From: Trichosphaerium sp. ATCC 40318
Lineage: Eukaryota; Protista; Tubulinea
Direction: 5' to 3'
NCBI GenBank assembly: GCA_038496445.1
Contig: JALMLS010000204.1
Span: 186,001 to 250,000, forward strand
DNA: 64,000 nucleotides
Shown: one piece after another, positions 39,301-50,507 of the stretch
How positions within the stretch are numbered: the stretch's first letter is position 1
Layout: each line of letters starts with the position of its first letter
Translations under genes and position numbers: made by a program
The notes under the pieces: generated by a model
Told to the model about the DNA's origin: nothing
What the model saw: only the letters and a program-made list of their open reading frames with translations
Databases searched by the model: none

Positions 39301-40659
39301 AAACCAACTCTCGTAAGTACTTTTGTAATCTTTCACATTTACTAACATTTTTTTTAGCCTAGCGACAAATGTTACCGTGAATGTTACTTGTACCATGACC
39401 AACCTGGTGCTGAACGTGACATGTGTATTGTTAACTGCCACATCTCACGTGGTGAAGTACGTTAGACAAACTACGAGCGAAATACTTATTATCATGTAGG
39501 ACCATGATCCTAAATGCTTAGCACAATGTAACAAGCGCTTCCCTGACGGTAAAGACAGAGAAATATGTTGTAAACAATGCAGCCATCCTAGAGGGCATCC
39601 AATGCCAACACCAAAACCAACACCAGTCCCTGACGTAAGTTAAATTACACCAACAAAAGAAAGCAAATGGCTTATTTAATATTTAGAATCATGATCCTGT
39701 GTGCTTAGCAAGATGTACCAGAAGATTCCCTGCTGGTTTAAACAGAGAATTATGTTGCTCTAAATGTCCTGACCGCACAATATACCCAACTCCAACACCA
39801 GCTCCTGAAGTAAGTTCAACATAACTCTACCAACATTGTATTAATTAATTCTTAGAATCACGATCCTGTTTGCTTAGCAAAGTGTATCAGACAATTCCCT
39901 GCTGGTATTGATAGAGAAGTATGTTGCTCAGCTTGCAGCGAACATGTTGAAACAACTGTTCCTCCAACTCCACCTCCAGCCCCACATGTACGATAGCAAT
40001 TACAGTTCTCAGAGTTTTGCCCTTTTTTTCGTTGTTTATCTTCTTCGTTCGCATTCATTTTGCTTACGTTCGCTTAGACTGATCATGGTCCGGAGTGTTT
40101 AGCTCAGTGTATCACAATGTATCCAAGTGGTATAGACAGAGAACTATGTTGCTCCAAATGCCACGATGAACCTCCACCAGTGTACACAGAACCTCCACAA
40201 ATAAGGTGTTTGAGAACGTGCTTGAACAAGTTCACATCTGGTAAAGATAGAGCCCACTGTTGCACTATTTGTGATACCTACAAAACAAGAGCACCAACAG
40301 TAGCTCCAACAAATGCTCCAACACCAGCCCCAACGGCTGCTCCAACGGCTGCTCCAACGGCTGCGCCAACAAATGCTCCAACTGCTGCTCCGACGGCAGC
40401 TCCTACACCTGCTCCAACAGCTGCTCCGACAAATGCTCCAACTTCAGCTCCTACACCAGCCCCAACGGCTGCTCCAACGGCTGCTCCAACAAATGCTCCA
40501 ACAGCTGCTCCAACTGAAGCGCCAACACCTCCTACGGTTAGACCAACAGGAGATTCTTCAGAAATGCCACCATGTATTCGCAGGTGTTTTGCAATGTACT
40601 CTACAGACACAGAACAAGAAGAGTGTGTTTCTAAGACATGCCAAGACCCATATATGTAA
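36389..40659 (+). CDS. Large secreted modular protein: signal peptide, acidic block, Lys/Tyr/Asn block, 20 CX3C...CX3C modules, PTAA mucin-like repeat; 19 exons
   Basis: Signal MRYTTLTLLAVLLVALLATASA. First intron 37043-37111. Phase-0 exons each encode a unit such as PPGRCERECFLYHSNPGPDRDTCVRKCPP. Stop TAA 40657-40659. Confidence 0.85.
36682..37030 (+). repeat. Low-complexity coding repeat (KKNDKKKY / KKKYNDNKKKYTNT units)
   Basis: Repeated aagaacgacaagaaaaagtac units and a near-perfect duplicated KKKYNDNKKKYTNT block. Confidence 0.9.
40291..40533 (+). repeat. 12-nt coding tandem repeat (APTN/APTA/APTP)
   Basis: About 20 units of gctccaacnnnn. Confidence 0.9.
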
Positions 40660-41372
40660 AAAACAATTTAAGGATAATTTGTTTTCGTCCCACGTTGCAT
40701 TTGGGCAAATAGTGCAAAACTGTCCAATTAAAAATAAAAAGAATTGCATAACAGTTTGCTTATGTTCTAAAATTTTTATGCACTCCACTTCTGTCATTAA
40801 AGGTGACGCGGTATATTATGTTTTGTAGCTTGTCAAACATTTACTTGCGATATGGTTGCACAGTGTTGAAGAGAATTGACTTTGCAGTTAGTACGCTCCT
40901 GCCGTACAATACTTGATGTATGTGTATATGAAACTTTGCACTAATTGTAGATGTTGCAGTTAATTCAGTTGCCGTTTCTCCTTGAACTTTGCGATTCACA
41001 AGAACTGATCAACGTTCGAAGAGCATATCATAGCAGTGAAGCCTATCTATTGTTACGCTTATTTGTACCTATTGGTTTGAAAAATACGTGCTAGTAATCC
41101 CTAGTCCATCACGTGATCACGTTTCTGTTGGCGAAGTAGTAACAGAATAGCATATAACAAGCAATTCAATAATAGAGTTGTATTGTAAGTAACTTGATAT
41201 GATTTCTCTTTGACTTGTTTAAGACTTGCACGCTATCTTTTAGTATCTGTATCGTCTTTTGGTTTTCTACTACACTCATATCTGTAGCATCTGATACAAC
41301 TCAAATTCATTTCTTTCTAGAAGGAAAAAAGTTAACAATGAACCAAGTCTTTTAGTACTAGAAGACGTTTAT

Positions 41373-44300
41373 TTATTGTTGTCTTTGAACATTCTTGTTA
41401 ATTACTTCAAGCCTCATTTTAAGATCTTCATTCTCTTTCTCTAAATCTTGTACAAGTATTATTAAATCTTCTTTTGACATATCATCTAATGGTATCTTTG
41501 TTTCTTGAGTAGGTTCCTTGGTTTCAGTAGGAGTAGATGTATTCTTTGAAGGTGAAGAGCTTCCAATCGTTATTCTCGTTGGAGCAAATCCTTTCACCTT
41601 CCACACAAAAACGCACATATCCAAACCCCCTGTTGATATCACGTGGGTGTCATTATCAACAAAGCAAACATTTGTAACATGTGACGAATGACCAAGCGCA
41701 GTACGGTACTTGTGCTACACCAAATTAATGAAAAAGAGGAAAGAAATTTAAAAAGAAAAATCTGCTTTCTCTTTCCAGTCACGTGCTTAAACTTTGTTTT
41801 TTCGAAAAAAGTGTGCAGTTCGTAGTATTGTTATTATGTGCTTTACGCCCAAAAACCATAACTCTGAGCAGGGGAAACAAAGAAATTGCGAACGCACCTT
41901 TTGGTCGTAACAAGGGTATTTAAACAGTTTGACTTTTCCAAAGTCATCTGCCGTTACAAGCAGTGACGCATTACCTGATATACCCACAGCATTGACGTCA
42001 GTTCCATCGACGCCTGATGGCCATATTCCTTTAACTGGAAATCCAAGAACACAGCTCCAACTTGCCCAATCAACATTTCGAACAGAAGATGTTTTTGTAA
42101 CTTGCGCCAAGTCTTCCATATCCCAGTAAAGGTGTTCGTAAGCGGATGAGTCGCTTTGAAGCAAGTCAGAATCTTTTGTAAAATCCATATGTGTAACACC
42201 AGCAGAGTGTCCTCTGAGGATGCCTAACAGTTACGTCAACAAAGCAACCAAAATGCATGACCGTGGAGTTACCGATTTTTTTGTATTCCTCTGTCACGTG
42301 GTATACAATAATAGCTCCTTCTGATCCACCTACTGCTAATAACACTCCAGATGGAGAATATTTGATACTCATCACTTTTGTTTTACGGTGTCTCCATCTC
42401 TTGACGACGGTGTTCTTTGTCAGATCTACTATTGCAACCTGTTGGGTTTTGATACTGTTAGAAAACAAAAAAACATCGTATAGTGTCTCCGTACTGCGCC
42501 ATTATTCATGCCTACGGCCGCAAAATTGTCATCTGGTGATGTAGTTGTACAAGTTATAGGAACTTTAAGATTTAAAGAATGTGTCATTCTGAGACCATCA
42601 ACCTATGCAAGTCAATCCATAGTTATAAGGAAAAAAAAAAAAAAAGAAACCGCAAAAAATTAGTAGTTCTGCGTACCTCCCAAGTTTTAAGTTTGCAATC
42701 AAATCCACCAGTAACATATGTATTACTTGTGGTGTTACAAGAAAGTCCCCAAAGTTCACCTGCATGTGACTACAGGATAAGAATTAGCAAAAAAGACATG
42801 AGTAAAAAAAAAAGAAAAACCCGCACCTGAATAACATGTTGGATATCGCTTGCTTGGGCATTTGTACTTTCGAGAACTTCTATAGCTTTTGGTATTACAA
42901 ATATCTCGTTTTCTTTAGTTCCGATAGCAAGCTCGTTTTTATCACTAAGAGCTAATGTCTTGATACTACCAACACCTAGATCTCTCAAGGATATCGACAG
43001 TTTGTTTGAAAATTTAGTTTCTCCCTTGGCCACTGTCCATAGCTTTACAGCGCCATCGTACCCACCAGAAACTAAGCCCATAGGTGTGCGTAACAATCCA
43101 TAAACAGGACCCTACATAGAATGTGAGGACAACTGATGAATGAAGTTTGAAATAAAAGGTTGTTTTTCAGAAGCTCTTTTTTTAGTACCTCATGGGCTTT
43201 TTTAAGCCTTTCAATGACAGTACGATCTTTCCAAATATAAATATCACCTCCATACCTATAAAAAATAATATGAGAAGTCAAAGGTGGCCAAGCAAAGAAA
43301 GAAAAAAAGAAGACAAAACGCGGATATTTGATTTTTTTCTAATTTTGTTTGATCGTACGTTCCCGTTGCTAGTTTTTCTTTACTCAACCAAGCAGCGCTT
43401 GTAATAGTTTGAGAAGGTGCTACAGATCCAAAAACACCTCTTTTTGAAGATGCTAATTGTCCTCCTTTTGTTGTTTCCCAAAAAGTTATACTTTTTACAC
43501 CAATTGTAACAAACTGTTGCTCGTTCCATGGATTATACTGTATACCTAATATCTTACTCTTACCACCTTTTTTAGAAGATATAACCTTATTCTTATCGAC
43601 ATCATAGATAGCAATCATGTGATCAGAGTCACTACCAATAGCAGCGATAAATTTTCCAGAAGGTGAGAATTTTAACGATAAAATGGCGTGTTGATGAAAG
43701 TCTTGAAGAGATGATACTTTCTTTTTATCGTCTGATTTCCATAAAAGAATATGTGGTTTCTTATCTCCTGCAAGTGTAACGACTTGTCCTGTAGCTACAA
43801 GATTTGATTTTACATGCATATCGAGACACGTGATATCGTCGTTATGACCACGGAAAAACTCTTGTGATCTATTTTCCCAGTCCATAACAATACCAACACT
43901 AGCAGCGTGATATACCAATTTTCCTTTTGAAGAAAAGAACATATTTTGGCGCGCCTGTAACAGATTTCTCAGAAAGTCCATAAAAAAGGAGAAGAAAAAA
44001 CTTGATTCCTTCCGTCTCCCACGTGTTTGGATTATCACATGGATGGACAGTGAAAGCGTATCATTTTCTATAGCTAGTAAACAAAAACGTGCGTACGTCT
44101 TTTCCTCTGTACCCATGTACAAAGCTAAGTTGAAGTCTTTCTAGAGGTAATTTACGCATTTCTGGTTTGTGTTTAAAATCAGAAGGTGGGAAAACTGATC
44201 CTTTTAGTGGCCAGTATCGAATGCCTGTTTCTTTTTTACGTTTCAACTCCTTGTCATCATCCTATAGGTACAATTGTAAGCGATGAGGTATTGATCTTTT

Positions 44301-44800
44301 TTGTTTTTAGTGCCCACGTGCCGTCACAACCACTTATCGCTATTTCTTCGCCTTCTTTAAGCGGTCGTTGTTTTAGAACAACGCTCACCTTTCCATGTGG
44401 TACTTTCGATAGTTTAGCGTTAATAACCTTTCCTCCATGTTCATTGAGTATCTTTTCTACGTTTAGGTCTACTCTGCCTAAGCTATCGTCTTCAGAGTAT
44501 GTATCAAAGTCAAAAACTTCTATCGACAATTTTGTGTCTTTCGATATCACGTGATCGTCTTGTAGGAAGCGAAAGATAGTGTCGAAAGTAGGATTAAGCG
44601 TTTCATCTTTAACCTTGCTTCTGTGTCTTTGATTTGCGAGAGTTACCACTACATAAGGGTTGCTCTTGCCTGAAAAGAGTTAACAGATCGTTTTTGCCTT
44701 GTGACGGGTAATAATGTTTAAGAAATGTCGGACCTGTACGATCTCCCGCAATAAGATTCTCTGCTTTAATTACCGTAACCTCTAATACGTTTGAAGTCAT
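41373..44800 (-). CDS. C2 domain + HELP/WD40 (EML-like) protein with C-terminal coiled coil; a further 3' exon to about 41170 is possible
   Basis: C2: LEVTVIKAENLIAGD, ETLNPTFD, EVFDFDTYSEDDSLG. HELP: LQLSFVHGYRGKD..RQNMFF. EML WD motifs GHNDDITCL, WASWSCVLGFPVKGIW, DDFGKVKLFKYP and GHSSHVTNVCF. Confidence 0.85.
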
Positions 44801-45107
44801 CTAAAAGATCTGGTATCGAAACAAGCAAAAAAAACAGCTAACAAACTTAAACAGTTAAGTTCACCCTCACAAAAGACTGGCGCTATCGACCATAAAAATG
44901 AGCAGTACATACAAGCCAGTAAAAAAGCCAAAGGTTGTAAGAACCGACGTTAACTTTGTGAATTACAGATAGAAAAAACAAGTCTTTAGTTTAATTTTTC
45001 TTTTATTATTTTTATTTCTAACAAATGGAGTACTCTTGTTACTCATTCTGAAGCATCATAGCAAAATCGTCTTGTGAAAGCTGTCTGTATCTATGTCCTT
45101 TTTAAGA

Positions 45108-46103
45108 TCACTGAGGTTTAGAAGCACCACCCGGTATGAAGAATCCAGGTAATGGTGAAGCACCTTGCTTTGTTGTAAAATCAAGAATTTTGTAGTTGTT
45201 TTTTGAAGAGTTATTTACAGGTGTTCCAAGACCGTTAGGATTAGACCAAGAATCCATATCAATATAAGCAGCCACAATAGGATGCCTGCAACCACGTCTT
45301 TGAATCCAAAAGAGAAAAGGAGTGTTGATAATGTAAGGCATAAGTCTTTCCGCAGGAGCTTTACCATATAAACACATGAGGACTTCACTCTGTACACGGA
45401 CTCCTCTTTCATTAAGTTTAATCCTTGTTTGTTGCATCCCTTGCTGTATCTGCAAGTGCCCGTTTCCATTCATTGCTGGAATGCCAAGACCGGAAATAAA
45501 ACCTAGATTGTCCAGCCTATCGTAATTGATCATCGGGAAACTACATGAGCTGTAGCAAAGTCTATTGTTTTCTTTCATTGAATCAGCCGATTTCTTTACC
45601 ATTTCTGTAAGAGGGAAGTTGCCTTCGATCGCTTTCGTTGGAGGAGTGTCAATGCGTGTTATGAATACTCTATCGGAGGTCTGGGCGGCAATCTCAAGGA
45701 TTGGGTGCTGGTGCAAGGCAGAAGAAAACACTTTAAAATAGTCCTTTTCAACCCTTACGCCATCGAAAGTGCTGGTACTAGTGGATATTGTAGTCTTTTC
45801 CGCTTTTTGCCAATTCAACAAAATATCGAGTGCGCTAACAAGGAGGAGGTTACCAGTAGCAATATCAGGTACTGGGATACTGCTGCCTCTCTTAGCAAGA
45901 AATCTACGAATGTGCGCTGGGTTTGATGAAGCAATGCTCTCGATTTCATTAATTTGGCCTGCATCCGCTCGATCACGCTCAGTTATATAGTTTCTAAGGA
46001 AGTTAGCTTGGTTTGGCGTGATTGCCTTGAATGGTATGTGATAAGGTGTTCCAGTTGCTTGTAGCGCAGAAATAATTGGATAAAGGCAATCGGCGTGAGA
46101 CAT
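45108..46103 (-). CDS. Intronless, N-terminally reduced serpin-like protein
   Basis: The C-terminal half resembles serpins: FPMI, IQQGMQQTRIKLNERGVRVQSEV (s5A/hinge) and YIINTPFLFWIQ..PIVAAYI..NP. There is no signal peptide. Confidence 0.6.
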   Translation of the reverse strand: MSHADCLYPIISALQATGTPYHIPFKAITPNQANFLRNYITERDRADAGQINEIESIASSNPAHIRRFLAKRGSSIPVPDIATGNLLLVSALDILLNWQKAEKTTISTSTSTFDGVRVEKDYFKVFSSALHQHPILEIAAQTSDRVFITRIDTPPTKAIEGNFPLTEMVKKSADSMKENNRLCYSSCSFPMINYDRLDNLGFISGLGIPAMNGNGHLQIQQGMQQTRIKLNERGVRVQSEVLMCLYGKAPAERLMPYIINTPFLFWIQRRGCRHPIVAAYIDMDSWSNPNGLGTPVNNSSKNNYKILDFTTKQGASPLPGFFIPGGASKPQ

Positions 46104-46616
46104 GTGGTTGTTTGCTGTGTTGTGGTAATATAATAATGATTTGTGCCAGATTTCTTGCCTTGGTCAGTTTCTCTGAACTGAACACTTGAAAACTTGAGAA
46201 CGTGCAACACAAATCAAACATTCACGGAACATCGTTTGGTTACCATTGACACCGTGGTATTAGTAGGTCCGTAGAATACACAGACTATATGTTGGCATGG
46301 CGCTAGACGCTAGTTGCGGCCAAGGCAAAGCAAATTTCAGAACAATTGAGGTGTTAATACTTGTCCTTGTACGAAGGGCATTAACACTAACAGTACGCTA
46401 GATCAGCACCGTAGATTGTAATAAAACAGAGTTAGAATACGTTGATTGGTAGGTGAAACTATGATGGTAAATTTCTCTTGAAGAAAACAAGTCTATGTCG
46501 TGTCAGGCAAGTTTTACATTTTAGTTCTTGAGTTGTTAGTGACGAACAAATACACAGTAAAAGATGGTATCATTGATATTCTTTTTTATTACACCTCAAA
46601 CAACCTTAAGTCACCT

Positions 46617-48269
46617 TTACTCTCTTGAAATGCACTTGTTCTTGCTCCTCACAAAACAATTTCCAAATACAACATCACGTGATGATAAATACTCTTCCAA
46701 TTGATAAACGTCACCTGCGTATTGATAAACCCTTTTCTTCCCTGAGTCAACATCCGTTCTGTTTTTCTTGCTTCTCTCCTTTTTTTTATACCTAATAATG
46801 ACAACAGGATTGTACGCTGATTGTAGTATTTGTATCTTCTGAATGTCATCAACTCTTTCCTTAATTTTGTGAAACAATATAAACTCAAGCTTAATCACAT
46901 TGCGCCCAAAGTTTCCGTTCAGTTTTGTCAGTGATTTGCATATACTGTCAACCTTATACATCTCCGAAACTTTTAATACGTGAAGCCTATACGCCATCTT
47001 TTTAATGTCCTTGTTTGAAAGGCTGTTACTACGATAAATCCCAAGAATCTTCAAGCTATCACCAAGCGCTAATAGTCCTTTCAATGTTACCAATGTACTG
47101 AAGATATGAAGCTCATGGATACCCTGTAACCATTCCAACCCTTTGTCGGTAATCAAACGTCCACTTAAATGAGCAGTATGGACGCCTGCAAGATAGCGCA
47201 TACCGGCATCTGAGATATTTGTGTTCTTCAAGTTTATTGTATGAACACCTTGAAGGTATCGCAACCCTCTATCAGTAACCATAGTGTTCGAAAGATCGAT
47301 TTTATGGACACCTGAAAGCACGCAAAGACTCCAATCAGTAAGCATAGTGCCTGAAGCGTTCAGGTTATGAACACCAGCCAAATGTCTTATACCATGATCA
47401 CCAATGTTACTGCCAGCTATATCTATCGTGTGAACACCAGTTAATTGCTCCAAGCTATCATCTGTAACACGTGTTAGATACATATTGATAGTATGGACGC
47501 CAGACAATGCACTAATCCCTTTTTCGGTTACACGTGTGCAAGATAGGTTAATGGTATGTATGCCCGATAATTGAACAATAGCATTGTCTGTAACTTGCCG
47601 GTTATGAGATATATTCAAAGTGTGAACGCCTTTAAGAGCGATAATAGGCTTATCACCCACTTGTAAATGACCAATATTAAGTGTATGTATACCAGCTAGT
47701 TTGCTGATAACATTGTCAATGAATTCAGAGCTAAACGTTTTCCACATTCTTCCTTGAAATGAAGCATGTTCCTTGTAAAAACGAGGTAAAATATTAGCAA
47801 CTATTCCCATACCGTTGACAGAAGCAAACGGCACAGAGCAAGTCTCTAAATACTCACAATCTGATTTAGCTATACTAATACAATCGTAGTCTCTTTTTCG
47901 ATTTCTATTATCGCCACCCTGCCAAGTATAATGACCACATTGGGTCCACTCGACAAGCTCAATATGTTTCGCGCCAGCAAGTCGTTTCAAAACAATTTGT
48001 TTATCAAAAGGAACGTAAATCTTTGCTTTCGATAATAGTCTAGGGTATCTACTTAATTCTATGGCTGCTTCTTCGCTAGTAATGTAGTATGGAGCGAGAT
48101 TGAACCCAACATATCTAACCAAGTCTGTAAAGTAAACGTTGCAACATGATACGTTGTATCTAGATGTGTTGTCTAGAAACCTTAATATCATTGCATGTAT
48201 TTCTGGTGGTGCTGAAAACAAGCCAACATCGCTTATAGTGTCCTCCCTATTACTCCAGAACGTTTCCAT
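46617..48269 (-). CDS. Intronless F-box + LRR protein (GVHT-type 21-aa repeats)
   Basis: F-box LFSAPPEIHAMILRFL..VSCCNVYF. About 10 repeats of the form LxGVHTINLxxTxVTDxGL. Confidence 0.88.
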   Translation of the reverse strand: METFWSNREDTISDVGLFSAPPEIHAMILRFLDNTSRYNVSCCNVYFTDLVRYVGFNLAPYYITSEEAAIELSRYPRLLSKAKIYVPFDKQIVLKRLAGAKHIELVEWTQCGHYTWQGGDNRNRKRDYDCISIAKSDCEYLETCSVPFASVNGMGIVANILPRFYKEHASFQGRMWKTFSSEFIDNVISKLAGIHTLNIGHLQVGDKPIIALKGVHTLNISHNRQVTDNAIVQLSGIHTINLSCTRVTEKGISALSGVHTINMYLTRVTDDSLEQLTGVHTIDIAGSNIGDHGIRHLAGVHNLNASGTMLTDWSLCVLSGVHKIDLSNTMVTDRGLRYLQGVHTINLKNTNISDAGMRYLAGVHTAHLSGRLITDKGLEWLQGIHELHIFSTLVTLKGLLALGDSLKILGIYRSNSLSNKDIKKMAYRLHVLKVSEMYKVDSICKSLTKLNGNFGRNVIKLEFILFHKIKERVDDIQKIQILQSAYNPVVIIRYKKKERSKKNRTDVDSGKKRVYQYAGDVYQLEEYLSSRDVVFGNCFVRSKNKCISRE

Positions 48270-48968
48270 AGGTGTTTGCTTCTCGAATAATACAATTGTG
48301 CAACGAACCGTTAATTTCTTTTTTAGGCTAGCTTTAAACTATACTTGGCTAAGAACAAGCCAGAGGGTGTGCACCTAAAACTTAACGTATCACTGACAAA
48401 TTTCAAAAACTGGCGGTCTTTGTCAAGTCTTGGACTTTTTAACTTTTTATTTTATGTCACAAAAAACTCACAGTTATTCGTTTTCTCAACTTTTTGTTAA
48501 ATGGTTGACAATAGACTCAACAATATACACCACTATTAAACGCACTTATCTGCCATTACTAGAAGCATTCGTGTTATTCAATTCAGTTCGGTTTTGTCTT
48601 TAACAACACGTGTTTTACACCCTTGCCATTTTTGTGCACAACAACATATGTCGCTTCACTATGCCGGCACGAGAGCTCTCCACACTCTGAACAGAGTTCG
48701 TTTTTATGTTTCACATCACAGTGGTTCGACATAACGACAGATCACCTCAGAAGCGTTGCAACCAACTTAACTGCAGCGGAACATTCGGTGGGTGTTTTCC
48801 CGTGGAACAAATAGTGTTCCCAAACCATTTCGAATGATGAGCACTCGAGGCATCACCAGCACTTTTGGCGAAAATTGTCGCTAGTCGTTAAGTTCGTAAA
48901 TGATTCCACTGATTTCTCCACTTGGTACTGTAATAGCTAATTTTCAAACACACAACAGCTATAACAAC

Positions 48969-50008
48969 ATGTCTCTACAACTATACTCAGCAGCAACACC
49001 AAACGGACACAAGATCCATATTTTGCTTGAAGAACTAGGCGTTAAATACACACCAAATACAATAAACATACGCGTAGGCGGTACGCATGCTACCAATGAA
49101 ACTATGAATAATACTAATTAATCCGTATTAGAACAGTTGTCACCTGATTTCATCCGCATTAACCCTAACAACCGTATTCCAGCGCTTGTAGATGAAGAAG
49201 GTAAGTGTCATAAAAAAACCACTCACGAAGCTTAACGTCTCGTTAACGATTCGCCTCTTTAGTCAAAGGAAAAGACGGTAAACCACTAAGATTGTTCGAA
49301 AGCGGTTCAATCATGGTCTACCTTGCAGACAAATACGGAAAATTCTTGCCACCAACAACAGACCCTGTAGCTCGCGCTGAAACACTCAACTGTACGCCCT
49401 TGTGGTTCTACCGTACTTGAAGATGAACAACGCAGCTTATCTAATGACTAGGGGTCATGTGGCAAATGGGTGGTTTAGGACCAATGTTCGGACAACTCGG
49501 TCATTTCTCAAATGACAAGAGAAAGGCTGATAATCCTTACTCCTTCAATCGCTATAAGAATGAATCTCTTCGTCTCTTAAATATCTTAGAGTTTCATCTT
49601 GAGAAGCGTGAGTATCTAGCTGCTGGAACTTATACCATTGCTGATATGGCAGTGTACGTGACATTGATTTTTCTTTGTACAAGTCAAGTTATTGACTTTG
49701 TTCGTTTTTTTTGCTTATCAGCTTCTTACTCTTTTCTCTTTCTTAGTTATCCTTGGGTTCGTATTTTCATTAAGAGACTTGGAGATGAAGTAGACTTGAA
49801 AAATGTTAAGGCTTGGGTTGCTCGTATTGATGCACGTCCAGCTTCAACGAAGGGAATCGATACTGTTTGTAAGATAGATAATTTACCTGACGCCAAAAAA
49901 TTTGGTACATTTAAACAACCTGAAGGATGGTCTGAAGTTGATATTTACGATGTTCCTACACAACAAGGAATACTACGTGATGCATACACAAAGATCAACA
50001 AAGACTAG
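48969..50008 (+). CDS. Glutathione S-transferase, YfcG/YghU (Nu/Ure2p-like) type, multi-exon
   Basis: LYSAATPNGHKI (TPN motif), INPNNRIPALVD, LFESGSIMVYLADK, WVMWQMGGLGPMFGQ, YTIADMA and ARPA. Confidence 0.9.
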
Positions 50009-50507
50009 AAATGTAAAAAAAACCCACACTTTCAATAAAAGTTTCACACTCTCACTCAACTTGAGGCTCTTTCTAAATATAACTTAGCCTTCGCTTAGTG
50101 TTATTGATTATTGTCCTAAGGAACACTGATATTTCGAGCATTCTTTTGTACTACGTCTTGAAGGTTGTAGTGTTTCTTTTTTGGGCCATTTTGGTATTAC
50201 CATTCCGCGCCAACAACATAGTCCGAGCAACATTGGTTAACTGGCGTTTCCGGGACGAATTTGCTTAAATTTACACAGACTTTTCAACATCTTCAAGTTC
50301 ACTTCAAACCCAAACAACAAACCTCAGTTAAAACTACGTGTTTTCATTTACGGAATTAACAAGTGACAAAATAAATGCTCAATCTCATAAGAGCACTTCC
50401 GCTTGACTTAAACAAACCATCAATTCATTCTGCTCATACAAGTAACACACTTCCATAAATCTCTTCGTGTTGGTTACTGGTTGCTTCGCCTAAAATAAAA
50501 CCCCTCA

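Noticed and set aside
37112-40080. Regularly spaced repeats that look superficially like a CRISPR array
   Set aside because: The repeats are 100-135 nt coding exons and the spacers are GT-AG introns, in a eukaryotic context with no cas genes.
36666-40828. Alternative-frame and antisense ORFs (TRRS-rich, YFFL-rich, VGAA-rich, QRLL-rich)
   Set aside because: They are by-products of low-complexity repeats in the real reading frame.
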